Below, one piece after another: positions 12,220 through 25,260 of a stretch of DNA of 64,000 bases. A model generated the notes under the pieces. That model was not told the DNA's origin. It worked only from the letters and a program-made list of their open reading frames with translations, and made no database searches. The translations under genes and the position numbers were made by a program. Each line of letters starts with the position of its first letter. Within the stretch, counting starts at the first letter, position 1. The stretch is from Lama glama. Taxonomy: Eukaryota. The stretch lies in assembly GCA_028534125.1 (NCBI GenBank), contig CM052822.1:66960001-67024000 (forward strand), in the 5' to 3' direction.

Positions 12220-13139
12220 CCCCAGAGACTTGCTGGATGGTCTTGGGAGCAGCATTTGGGAAAACCACAGACCTGTTACTCCTGGGGGAGAGGAAGGAAG
12301 GAGGATGTGGAGGAGAAGGATCTTAGGATGTGAGTTAAACTACTGGAAAGGATGCTCCCTGAGGAAACTTAATTGAGAGAAAAAGTTCAGCACCATATGG
12401 AAACATTTTATGTTTAATTTCTTCCAAACCCAGACTACATATTTAATGTGGGGACATATATATGCCTGGAAGTGTGTTTAAAGAAATGTGGAAAGATACA
12501 CACCAAAGTGATAACACTGGTGGATTCGGCTATAGATTTTTTTGTGGGGGGGATGGTGCACAGAGAGGAGAGTCTAGGAAACTTTACCCTTTTCTTCAAT
12601 GTTTCCACTTTCTTGAAAGAGAAGGTATGTATGTATATTCTTACATGAAAATTCAGTTTTTAAAAAGATAGCATATTGTAAGTTATTTTTTAGGACTAAT
12701 AAAGATTACTGTAAAAATGAAAATTGTTCAAAAAGTATGTAAAATATAAAGGGAAGGTCTCTTCCGTCTCTGTTTCACCTCTTAGAGGGAGCTGCTGTCC
12801 CTGTTGGGATGGGCTGCTTGTCCGTTTTCCCTGTGGGCAGGAGCTGAGAGAGGAGTTTCCTGCTTAAATATCTTCTCCTGAGATGATGATCATCACATGC
12901 GTAGTTTATAAAAGCAAACACTTATCTTCCAGGTGTTTTGGCTCAGAAAGCGTCAGCGAGAGAAAACACAGTGTGCGTCACTCACTCTCAGACATGCATC
13001 CTTGATGCTAAGAGGGGCATGCCAAGGGCTGGCTCCCCTGGCCACAGCCACCAACCTGGGCTGGGTGCTGGACTCAGATGCACCCAGGGGCATCTAAATT
13101 CCATCTTGAATTTGAACCTGACCTTGCCCATAACAGTTA

Positions 13140-13606
13140 TGTGATGGGTTGAGTTTTTTCCCCTCACCCTGCCTGGGCCCCAAATTCACAGGTTGAATTC
13201 CTAACCTCTGGAGCCTCAGAATGTGGCCTTATCTGGAATTAGGTAATTAGTTAAGATGAAGTCACACTGTAGTAGGGTGGGCCCCTAATCCAGTATGACT
13301 GGTGTCCTTATTAAAAAGGGAGATTTGGGCACAGACACGCACACAGGGAGAATGCCTTGTGAACATGAAGGCAGAGATCAGGGTGATGTGTCTACAAGCC
13401 AAGAGAGGCCACAGATGGCTGGCAAACCCCCAGAGCAGGGGGAGCGGCCTGGAACAGATTCTCTCTCAAAGCCTCAGAAAGATCCACCCCTGATGATGCC
13501 ATGATCTTGGACTTCCAGCCTCCAGAACCATGAGACAATACATTTCTGTTGTTTAAAACACTTGGTTTGTGGTACTTTGTCACAGCATCCCTAGTAAACC
13601 AATACA
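13140..13606 (+). mobile_element. Full-length MaLR MLT1-type solo LTR
   Basis: Begins TGTGATGGGTTG and ends AAACCAATACA. Flanks agtta/agtca form a 5-bp TSD with one mismatch. Internal MLT1 motifs (ccctaatccagtatgactggtgtcctta; ttggacttccagcctccagaac). Confidence 0.85.
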
Positions 13607-16099
13607 AGTCAGCGGGCCAGGTGGCTGCCTGCCCTGGGGACAGCTTACCCTGACCCTTCCCTGCTGCTGACTCAGTGGGGCCAATCAGATTCTCCCTTAC
13701 AGGAACTTGGCAGCTGATCTGAGAGACCCAGAGCTGGGAGTTGTCACAACTCCCAGTGGGGCAGCTCTCTAGAAAGAAGACCCATAGATCCTTCCTCAGG
13801 TCCCTGGAGTTTCTCTGACTTTGGTCCTTCCTAAAGCTTGCTCGTTCAAATTCTGTGGATTTCAGGGGGCCCTGGAGTAGCATTCCCCTACCTGCCTTTT
13901 CTGCCTGAAGTCAGCACATCATTTACCACTCTGACTGCAGGTGGGAGAAAACGCAACTCCAACCACTGGCCTCCTGGGGCTCCCTGGGCAGTGGAGGGGG
14001 TGGGTGAGGACTAGGACTTGGCACAGTCTCCATCACACCTTCCATGGCCCTAGCCTCAGAAGGCCACTTACAACAGCTACGATGGGAGACCCTCAGGCAG
14101 GTGAGTTACCCAAACGTTTCAAGGAGGGCTCAGATCCTGGCTGGCCAAACAGAAGAACAAATATCCACTGCAGTTCTTCCGTCCTCTCACTTCTCTCTCC
14201 TTAAAATCCTTTTTCTGCTTACAACAGTAATTCACGCTTATGCTACAAAATTTAAATATCACAGAAAAACATACTGTAGAAAGTGAACGTCCCCAGGATT
14301 TCATGCTCCAGAGACCTGTTACTTTTTAATATTGAGTCCTCTGGTTATTTTTCTATGCATACATTAACCTATACTGTTATTGTAAGTACAGATATTTTAT
14401 TTCCAAAACTTCACTCATATTAAATGCATACCTATATATAATTTATGTAAGCAGTCTTCTCCTGCTGGACATCTGGGGGGTTTCCCTTTTCGGTGACATA
14501 ATTCCTGCAGTGCTGCAAATGCTGCAGTTACAATTCATATATATATCATTGTAGACCATCCTCCTACATTGTTGTGAAAAATCACTTCTTTGATGATGTC
14601 TTCAGAAGAGATTCATTAAAATGGAACTGCTGAGCCAAAGGGCTATCACAACTTTAAATTTGGTGGACAGTGCCCAGATTACTTACCCAGATTACCCACA
14701 AAGGCTGAACAAACAACGGATGAGAGAGGGTTGTTCCCACAGCCTCATCAGGACTTACTATTTTTCAGTCTCCTTACTCCTTACTGATCTGATGGATGAA
14801 ATTTCAACTTGGCATTTCCCGAGTTATGAATGAGGTTGAACACGCTTTCATTTGTTAATTGTGTTACTGAGGAGTGCCTTTGCCAGCCCCAGGGCCTGTG
14901 AAGAGGGCCCTGGAGATTCCCTCTAAGGCCAGTTCCAGATCATGGGTTGTTTCCAGGAAGTGGCTCAGCGGGCACTCTCGTCACCCCCTCCTGCCCCCGC
15001 ACCAGGGAGCTCATGGCTCCAGGAGGCTGATGGTATCAGGCCTGTGTGAACAGACTGGAGGGTTGTAACAGCATTAACTGCACCTCAGCTGCTTGCACCT
15101 AAAAGGGAAGCAGACACGCCCAGCCCTGCCTCTAGGCTGATGTCACCCACTGTGGCATCCTGAGCTCTTCTAGCCCCCTGGATGCACAGGTGGGGCAGGG
15201 TGGGAGGTTCTGCATGGCCAGCTCCCTGGCACGGTCCATCCCCAGCTGACATTCCACCTGCTCAGAGGCACACGTGTGGCACTCCCACCGCGGGTCCCAG
15301 GTGCCTCACCTGTGACTGCCTTCGTAGCACTCAGCAGTGTTTTCAGCCAACGTGTTCACATACTTGTCTCGTTGTTTACTATTTGTCTCCAGTCCTCTAG
15401 CAATCATCACTGTGTCCCCAGAACAGTAGCTGGCAGGCCTGTCCCTGGTTCTTGGCTGATGTCGCTCCAGTGACATACTATGACTATTCATGAAATAAAC
15501 ATTGCCAAACAGGGTGCTGTGCAGTGTGCTTGATATACGTTGTCTCGTTTATTCTTCTTCTCCTCCAGTTTTTATTTGATAAATTTTAAACATTGAGAAA
15601 AATGGAAAGTATACACAGCAAACACTTGAAGAGTCTCCATCTAGATTCAGCAGTTGGCAGTTCACCGGATTTGCTTTGTCTTTCTTTCCAAGCAAATGTA
15701 CTTTTTGTTGTTGTTGAACCATCTGCGTGCGCTTCAGACCTTGCAAAACTGGCATCTTAAATATTCCAGCATGTGTCTCTGATGACTGCAGTATCCTATT
15801 AAATACATACCATTCTCACACCAAGAGGTCAACCAGTACTCCATACTAGATGATGTTACAGAAACCATATTTAGACTCCCTTGATCTTTTTCAAATCAGA
15901 TTCCAATCAAGTTGCATGCAGTGCATCTGAGTGTTAATGTCTATTTACTCTTCATGATAACTGTGCAAGGAAGGCACTGAAATTCCTACTTTACAGGTGA
16001 GGAAAAAGAGAGAGGGAGGTTGAGGAACTTGCCAGAATCACACGACTCCTAAGTGGGAGAGTCACAAAGCCGTCATGCATCTCCAACTCCCAAACACTT

Positions 16100-16280
16100 C
16101 TTTTTTTTTTAATTGAAGTGTAGCCAGTTTACAATGTTGTATCAATTTCTGGTGTACAGCACAATGCTTCAGTCATATATGAACATACATATATTCGTTT
16201 TTCATATTCTCTTTCACTGTAAGCTACTACAAGATATTGAATATAGTTCTCTATGCAATATAGTATAAACTTGTTTATCC
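16100..16280 (-). mobile_element. L1 3' end (camelid/cetartiodactyl-type)
   Basis: Poly-T followed by aattgaagtgtagccagtttacaatgttgtatcaatttctggtgtacagc. Confidence 0.85.
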
Positions 16281-18219
16281 ATTCCAAACACATCTTTTCT
16301 GCATCTTGCTCCCCTAAGTCGTCTTGGTTCCTCGAGGTTTCTTTCTCAGTCTCCAGAGGGCTCTGGTACATGCAAGACCGGGGCTGGCGCCGGGGTGGAG
16401 GAGTTGGCCCAGTGATCCAGCAGCCAGGCCCTTGCTTTGAAGTCCCTCCGGCCACCTCCTCGCCTCGATCCTACTCTGTTGCTCTCTGAGACATCAGCCA
16501 CCAGCTGGGAGTGACGAGGCATCCTGTTTTCGCCAGGGTCGTTTAGTGGAGGAGACAGACATGGCTGCAGTGCGGGAACGCACGGCGGCTTTCAGTCAGG
16601 TGTGCAGGTGAAGGTAAGGCTGCGCGGGGGATGAGAAAACATTCCACCCGGACACGTGTGTGCTCATCCAGGGAGACTCAGAAGGGCCGTAACGGGCAGG
16701 AAAGCAGCTCCCTGAATCATCAGCTGCTTGCTCCCTGCAAGTCAGAACAAAGAGCTGCCCTTGCTGGGAGCTCCACTGCTAGAATCCGTTCCCCTCGCAG
16801 TGAAGGCAGCGCCCTGGGGGCTGTGAGTAACTAGCCTGTGTGAGTAGACAGCCCGGGAGAACAGACGGTAACGTGGAGGGCAGACCGCGCTCGCCTATGG
16901 ATCAATGTTCCCCCTGAGCTGATCTCTCTGGGCCTGGGACCCAACACCTGGACAGACCTGGATGAGAGAACAAGAGACCAGGGGTAGGAATGGACAAGGC
17001 AGGCAGGGGGACATGAGACCAGAAGCAGCCCCCACCGCCTCACATCACAGACCCTTCATCAGGCCGGGCGGGACCCCCATGGCCACAGTCTGGGAGCAGC
17101 AAAAGAAGACACAAGGGCCCAGGAGCACCCCGTGAGGAGGACCCAAATGTGGGGGGTAACGTTCCCCTCTTCCCCTCTGAGCCCGACCAGCTCACTGCAA
17201 AGGAGATTTGCTACTGAGCCCTCAGGTACAGGGTGTTGCCCAAGTCAGAGCAGGCCTGTGAAACCTAAATAAAGGCCCAGAGTGCATCGCCAGGAAGCCG
17301 TGACTAAATATGGAAAACGTAGTCTAATCAAAGATATTAACAGCTGAAGGTGTCTTCCAAGACAAAGGTGGTAACTATGTATACAATCAGGAAAAAACAC
17401 CATTTTCAGAGAAAAGGGAGAATGAGGGAAAAGTGGAATAAAAGAAAATGTCTCCCAAATACAAGAATGTGGCAAGTTTTTCCAGCACTGCTCAATATAG
17501 AGACACGGGACCCTCCAGTCCCCTGAGATGTGGGGATCCCTGCCTGCCCCACACCACCCCCTGCTGGTGGCAAGAACCCTTCACTGCCAGCACCCACCCC
17601 CTAAACCCAGGCCCTGAACCAAAGGGGGGGGGGCTGGGAAGGAGACAGGTCCTTACACTCTTGCGCAGGTGGCTGGTAAGTCTGGGGCATAGCTCTCATC
17701 CCTCATCAGCCTCCCTGTCCAACCCAACATACGCACTGCTCTGCCTCCCTGATCTCCCTGCGGTCATCAGCCTCACTCTCAAGCCTGGCCCAGCTGTCAG
17801 TGCCTCCTTGGCTCCTGGCCACCCCGCCCCTTCCCTTTCTTATGGATTCAGACATCTGTGCCCTTTAGCCCGTGGTGAAAACCTGCCTTTGTAAACCATC
17901 TTCTTCCCGCTTACACTGGGTCCTGCCTGGTCTAGAGTGTACTCTTCTCCTGTGGTCTGAGCAGTCCCTTCACCAGGGCGCCATCCTGTAACCTGACGGC
18001 TCCAGCTACTGTTCTGCCTAAGCTTGGCTTCTTCCCTTCAAGGAGCTCCCTGCAGGTAGAAAGGGGAAGCCATGTCCACAATACCTCCTCCACCGTGTGT
18101 GAATAGTCTTGAATTCTGGCATATGTGTGATTTGGTGACCGTCTGCCTGCTTTGTCAGATGAAAGCTCAGAGATCTTCAGGTTCAACCACCGTGTCTTGG
18201 GAAATACCATCTCTGAGAC

Positions 18220-18975
18220 TGCAATTTACAACGAGGAATATATATTTGGTCTCTGTTCCTGTTTCTGGCACATAGTTTCTAAAACCCTTTGAATTTCCTA
18301 AGTGATTAGAATGATAGAGGTGTCTTTTGTTTTGATCATAAGATGACTTTTGGGCCACACCAAAGGTCTGGTTGCCAGGAGAACAAATCATGTGATTAGA
18401 AGGCTGGAACCTTCAGTCCTATCTCCCTGACCTCCAGGGATGGGAAAGAAGCTGGAGATTGAATGGATCACCAATGGGATGTAATTTAATCAACTATGCC
18501 TATGTAATGAAGCCTCCATAAGAACTGAAAAGGATGGGGTCTGGAGAACTTCTGGACTGGTGAACACGTGGAGATGCAGGGAGAGTGGTGCCCTCGGAGA
18601 CAGGGGTCACAAAAGCTCTGTGCCCCTCCCCACAAACCTTGTCTTATGCATCTCTCCCTCCTGGCTCTTGCTGAGTTATCTCCTTTTATAATAAACCAGT
18701 TACCTAGTAAGTAAACTAGGTTCCCTGAGTCCTGTGAGCTGCTCTATCAAATGAATCCAACCCATGGGAACCTGTGACTTACAGCCATTTGGTCGGAAGT
18801 ACAGGTGATAACCTGGATTTTGAATTGAAATCTGAAGTGGGGGCAGTCTTGTGGAACCGAGTCCTTAACATGTGGGACCTGACACTATCCAGGTAGACAG
18901 TGTCAGAATTGAGCTGAACTGTAGTATACCCAGCTGGTGTCAGAATTGCTTGGTAGTGTGGGAAAACCCTCCCAT
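18220..18975 (+). mobile_element. MER21-like ERV LTR
   Basis: atatatttggtctctgttcctgtttctggcaca...aaaccctttgaatttcctaagtgat...ataataaaccag...gtagacagtgtcagaattgagctgaa; internal AATAAA near 18690. Confidence 0.7.
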
Positions 18976-19419
18976 ATTGGAATTGATAACTGGACTCATT
19001 ACCATCCTTGACCTCTGTCTCATGTTCTATAAAATTCAACCCCTCGCCTTAGATAACAGCTTCAGAGATAAACTACGTGTTAGTTGAATCCTATCAGCTT
19101 CCTTTCTTATGTCTGCACCACTGTTGTCCCTCAGGACAGGGCTCCTACAAGTTCATAATGGGTAGTAATGCGCCTCTCAACATTCGAATACAAGAAATAT
19201 CACCTTTCTTTATTTTCCTAAGTTATGTTACATCCAATTCAAGCCTCACTTACGAAAATACATGAGAACTTCACTGTGGGTCAGTATCTAGGGCCCGCTC
19301 TCTCAAGCAGATTAAACAAGGACCCCAGGATTTATGGGTGCCTGGAAAGTGGAGGCTCATTCTTGAGTCTTGGGTCCTGAGTTTGCTGCGGCTTCTAACG
19401 CTGATGTGGTCTCCAGGTG

Positions 19420-19700
19420 TTGGGATTTATTGGGCTTAACCCCCTCACCCCCTCACTCTACACTCGTGGGTGCAGGCAGTGGGGACGTAGGGCTCCTCCT
19501 GCTCTCGGACTGGAACTTCACCATCAGCTTTAGTGAGTCTCCAGCCTGCCGACTGCAGATCTTGGGATTGCTCAGCCTCTATAATGTGATGAGCTGGTTC
19601 CTCATTATATATATATGAAATATATCTAATATATATAGGAAATGTATATGCACATACATATCCCATTGGTTCTTTCTCTAAAGAGCCCTGACTAATCCAG
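19420..19700 (+). mobile_element. MLT2-like (ERVL) LTR 3' fragment
   Basis: tctccagcctgccgactgcagatcttgggattgctcagcctc...(TA)n...ccattggttctttctctaaagagccctgactaat. Confidence 0.7.
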
Positions 19701-22700
19701 CCTCCTCCCTAGCACACCTCAGAGGCAGCCTCCACCCCATCTACTGGTGCCCTCCCCAGCCTGAGGTCCTGTCCCTCCCTGGCTCCTCTGGCGGCAGGTC
19801 TCTGACATCATGGGAACACCTGTCCCTGCCCAGTCTCTTCCATCCTTGGGCTGCTCTTTGGACTCAGTCCATGGAGTCTTCCTCTATCCTACACCTCCTG
19901 AGTTATGATTATTTTATGAGTCTAGGCTTTTAAAAACGAACACACTCATCTCTCCCCTGGGGCTAGGAAACTTCAATTTCCAGGACAAAAAGTTCAACTG
20001 CCCTCAGATACCTCTCTTTTTTTGGTAATGAGCCTATAAGAAAGTAAGATGGCTAAGTTCAAATCAGACTCTTCCTATACATCAGCTTTGTTTCTCCACT
20101 GCTGTCAGGAGCAGAGGTGATGAGCTGCTCAACTCCAGGGAGGTTCCACCCCGACTCACATCACAGTCCAGGGACGGGGAGCCCTGGGCTAAGCAGTTCA
20201 CAGCCTGCGCTGTTGAATGCACACTCTGGTCAAGAGACCCTCTGCTGGACCTGTGTCCAGGCCCCAGCGGGTGACTGACTATAGAGGAAGATGTGGGGGT
20301 CTCCTGGGAAGACCCCAACTACCTACAGTAGGCTCAGCCGTGCAGACCTCAGAGAGGACAAGGAGCCTGAGTTAATTTCAAACTCATCAGATTCTGGTTC
20401 TACCAGGAAGTTGGGCCGCTCCAATGTGGCCAGATGCTAGGCTGCATGTGGTACTGGAGCCAGCACGCAGTCCAAAGCTGCTCAGGACAAAAGGTCAGAC
20501 GCAGGTCTCAGTAACCCCACAGCCCACCTGGGATGCCCTGACTATTTTTTGGGCCCTGGACTTGGCTCTGTCTGGACTAAACTGACCTGGCTTCCTCTGC
20601 CTGTCAGAAGCGTGGGGTCACCTGAGTGAGGTATGGAGTCACCCACCCGCCTAGGCCCTGGTCCATCTCAGTTCTGTTCTCCGTGATGGCTTCTTCTCAC
20701 TAGCCTCCACCTGTCCCTTGAGTCCCTCTGCCACCTGTCTCAAGACAGGTGGGCCTGCTTCCTGAGACCTGTCTCAGGTATTGGAAGGGCCCCAAGCTCT
20801 CAAGGACGTTCCATGTGAGAAAGAGGAGGGGTCTCACATGGACACTGTGACTCCCCAGGGATACCTGCCCCCGCATGAGGGAGCAGCCCCAGGATCCAGG
20901 GATTCTCCTGTGCTGCCTGCAAGTCCTGGCCGTGCCTCCTCCCTGCCAGTCTGCTAGCAGCACACTTCACGGCCACAAAAGCAGGAGGTGGGAGGCTCTT
21001 CCTTGGCCCAGGTTAATAACCCCGGTGATGATCATGGCCTTTAAGGGAGACTGGGAGCACATGACAATGGGACACGCTGACACTAACACCCGTGCATGAG
21101 GCTGGGCTGGGGAGGGGGACGTTGTTAGGCCTCATTCTCAGTGATGTTGTGATGCTTTCCAAACAGCAAGCACGTTTGTGCAGATGCTACCCAGTCCTGC
21201 ATGGTAATGAGTGTAACATGATTGCCAGCCTGTCAGTTACAAAGAGAGGGATGGCCAGAGATAGATGGTCACAGCACACAGCGAGGTGGAGATGTTCCCA
21301 GGTGCGTACGTGTGCATCAAAGCACCCCAGCTTTCTAGAAGACATCAAAGCAAAAATGCAAACAAGCAGAGAAACAGCTTCTTTCTAGAGGCAAACCCTC
21401 TCTAAAGGCAAACTTCTAAGGGAAGGGTCTTACATCTCTAACAATCTTTGGACCAAGTCCACGGACTCTACCAAGGTCCACCCTTCTCCATAAAGGAATA
21501 GACATTTCTATTACTGGGGACCCATCAGAGACCCCAAGCCACAGGGGCCCACACTACATGCCATTCTGTGACCACAAAACCTAGCCTGCACATTCCAAAT
21601 TATACATCCACATACATAACCTTGACAGGAACTTCAAGGTCCAGACTGGGAGATTAACCATTGTCAAAGTTAAAGGTCTTGCTCTCATCGCTAACAATTT
21701 CAAATTTGATGATGTGTTTCTATGCTTTAGAAGACAATTGGATTTACTGTTTTACCATACTGATGTGTGAGGGGATGCGAGTTTTTAGGGCAGTATTTCT
21801 TAATTGATTTGTAAAAATTCCTTTAAGTCTCCAGTGAATGCTGGGAACCCTCTGCCTCTGAAAATACGTACGTTTTGTCATTTTCTTTTTCTTTTTTTTT
21901 TCTAGTGGAAATTTTTAAAAAACTTTTTGAATTGAGTTATAGTCATTTTATAATGTGCCAAATTCCAGTGTAAAGCACAATTTTTCAGTTATATGTGAAC
22001 ATACACATTTGGTCATTTTCAGTCTGAGGGGGCCACAGATTCCTGGAAACCAAACCCACTCAAGAGTAGCAATGTGAGGACCCCTAATCTATGGGCTGAA
22101 GCTTGAACCAGTTGGCTTATTGATTCCACTGTATTTTTGCCCGTGAAGTTTTTACAGGCCACTGGAAGGCTGTTTCTCACCTGTCTCATCAGAGCCCCAA
22201 ACTGGGATTATGTGACTTTTATATGCAGCAGATTTAAATACTATGACTCACGGAACATGAGAACCAGTCTGGCCACGGTGCTTGAGGATGAGACACTGAT
22301 TTTGAGCCAGAACTGTGACATTTCTGCAAGCAAAATACATTGACCAAAATGGGCATTTAAGCTATTGTGAATTTTGAAGAGACCTTCACAATGCTGATTA
22401 AGACAATTTATCATTTCAAAAGTCTAAGGGATAATGTTCTGCAAGGACGAAGAGGGCTCTGCTGACCGGGTACTCTGCCCTTCCACGGACCTGTGTTTCT
22501 CTGGCTGCTGAGCTAGCTCAGGGTCTGTTTGGGCTACTGAAACCTCCCTCTCCTTTGTGGTCTGAAGACACATCAATACGGGACAGTCTGGCTTATTTGT
22601 CTGTCTTAAGAGATTTTATCAGTTATCTGGGGATCAGACAGGATCTTGATCCCAATGTGACACAGAAAGGAAAGCTTTCTTGTTGCTTTTATGAGCTAAA

Positions 22701-24239
22701 CTTCCCTGTCCCTCCGGCCTCCCCTCCTCCCATCACCATGGCAATGGGTACAAGATGAGGGTTTTAGTGTTAACTTGCTTGGGGATCTTAATGCTTGTGT
22801 CCTCTCTAATTCATTTGTTCAAGTCCTAACCCCAAGTACCTCAGAATGTGATTTTATTTGGAGATAATGGTGCAAACATATGTTTTCTGCCTGAAAACCT
22901 TATAATCAAATATCAAGCTTCTGTTAAGAGTATTGCCATTATTCCCCAGCAGCGGCCCCCGATGGAGACCACAAACACCGGAAAAGACTTGCAGCTCCAG
23001 CTGATAACACTGAGCACATGGGAGGGAAGTTCTACCTGTGGGACAACAGAGGTGAGTCGGGACACACAGAAGCCAAGGATTCCTGGGCTGGGGCTCCATG
23101 CAGGAGCCTTTTCTCCAAGGAGAGTCATCTAACTCCCCAGGGGCTGCAGCTGGTCCCCATCTGTGCCTTTAGAATTAGGAAAAGGGGGCCCCTGTGGGCA
23201 GGCTCAGTGAGAGCAGGTGAATTTGAAAAGTGCTCCCCTTCCTCTGGACAGATGTAGCCCCTTGCCAGGCGGTACGGCTTTGTGATCTGGTAAAAGCTAA
23301 ATTCCAGATTGTAATGGCCCCCTAGGCCAGGTGCCCCTGGGCAGTGAGCAACTTGCACAAATGTACACGGCAGCTCTGCTTGCTTTCTTGTTCTCAGTTT
23401 GCATCTACTTCCATCAATGCACTTATCCCATATGGGCAGGGGATTTAGCCTGTTGTCCCAGAAAGGTGGTGAAGGCCCAAACTGTGGATAAAAGGTGCTA
23501 AGTGGTCCACATTCTAAGTCCAAGGAACCCTAGCAGTCAGGCCAAGCCTATCCACAGGGCTTACTGCGTGGTGCCTATTGAGAATTTTCCCTTTTCCCTC
23601 CCTTCAACCCCCTCAATATAAGACCACAGGCCGGGAAGGAGGTCAGCAGCCTTTGGGAGCATAGTGCTTATAGAGAGGGGTATTCCCTTAAAGGGGTGCG
23701 TGCTTTCCCTCCATGAAGCAAAGCTAGGGGCTTCAAGAAAATCCCTAGTAAAGATAAGGGTGTGTCTAAAAATAAGGAGACTGGAGTCTCTTTCCACTGG
23801 AAAGTTTGCTGAGCTGCAGAATGCACTTGCCTCTTGGGTCTGTCCTGGAGGAAGGAGGGATGGAGGGAGTGAGGTACCTCACCGTGAGACTGTTCCAGGA
23901 ACTTAGGAGCTCTGCCCTCTTCCTTCCCCCTGACATTAGAGCCTCTAACTGGAGGTGTACCCAGGGACGGTAGGAGGCAGGCTCCTCTGAGCTCTCACAG
24001 GTGGTGCTCCCTCTGGCAACCTTGTCTCCCTGAACATCTTTCCCAATCCCGACAAACAGTGGTGTATCCTCAGCCAGAACTCTTCCAGACAGGTCTCACG
24101 CAGAGTATGGCTCTCAGCCAGCCTCAGGGGGGCCACGGACCTCCCCTTTTGAAGAACAAGTACACTGTCAATATGCGGCACTTAATGTTTGGGCCAGACC
24201 GGCCATCCCCTGGGGAGATGGCCCCAGGCCGTCTGTTGC

Positions 24240-25260
24240 AGGTCAGGGCAGGGCCACCCCTCCTCCGCCTCCGCAACAGGGCCCGGAATTGGGTCCACTT
24301 CCCCACCATAGAGCGTTCCCGCACTCACCAGAACGTTCCGGAGTTGTAGCATTAGCCATCCGAAGTTAGAGCGTGGTTGTATATCCGTGTTGCCACTAGA
24401 TGGAGACCTTGTGTAATGGGAAAGCAAAATGCCGCCGGATGCCGCTCACCGCCAGGCTGCCGAGGCGGGGAGGGGAACGCCGACCCCCTTCCCCCGAGGC
24501 GGCGTCCCAGGAGGGAATCAAGACAGCGCGAGGCTGGATGCTGACGGTGCTGGCTTTGCGGTCCGCCCAGGGGTTCAGGAGGAGGCTCTTGAGGCTGATC
24601 CCTCCCCCTGCCCCGGGGTCCTTCCCCAGCGCCCTCGGCCCGGGCACGGGACCCGGGGGCCAGCCTAGCTCCCCGGAGCTCCGGGAGCTGTGCGCAGACG
24701 TGAAGTGGCACCTCGTTACCGGGTTGAGACCTGTTTTACTCCCCAAATGCTGTTTTTAGGTGAAGCACTATCTCAGGGCAAGGACGTAAGCCCTGGGGCA
24801 GGGGAGAGAACTCGCAGGCCAAGCAGGGGCCTCCGAGGCACAGACCCCCAACTCAAGGCCACGGCCAAGGTGGTGCCCGCGCGCCGGGAGCAGCGCGTAA
24901 GCAGCAAGCTCAGACAGCGGAACCGTTTCCTTGAAAAACCAGCGCTCACAGCTTGTACAATTTAAATAACAACAGTAACAAGAGCAATAATGCAAGCTCT
25001 GCAACGTGTTTGGAAACTTGTGGAATTGCTCCACGCTCACGCATATACCACGATACCAAAATCAAAGGGTCTGAGTATCGATGAGTTGTTACCTTAGAAG
25101 AAGCGGCTGTTGGGAGCGAATTTTCTGTGGCGGGATCAGACCTACGCTTGATGTGAATTCACTCTGTTCTGTGAAAATGCCAGACTCAAGGGTCCTAAAA
25201 GATGCCTGCCGGGGACTTAAGAGTCGAGGCTCCGCGGGGCCATCGGTGTCACCTGTGGGT
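24240..25260. promoter_or_regulatory. Orphan CpG island between KLRG2 and CLEC2L with a CTCF-like motif
   Basis: CpG-dense at 24300-24950. TGCCACTAGATGGAGAC at 24391-24407 resembles the CTCF core CCAC[CT]AG[AG][TG]GGC. Confidence 0.6.

Noticed and set aside
17410-17471. Possible extra exon with a GC donor linking 16613 to 20109
   Set aside because: Poor polypyrimidine tract and non-canonical donor, and it sets exon A in a frame incompatible with exon B.
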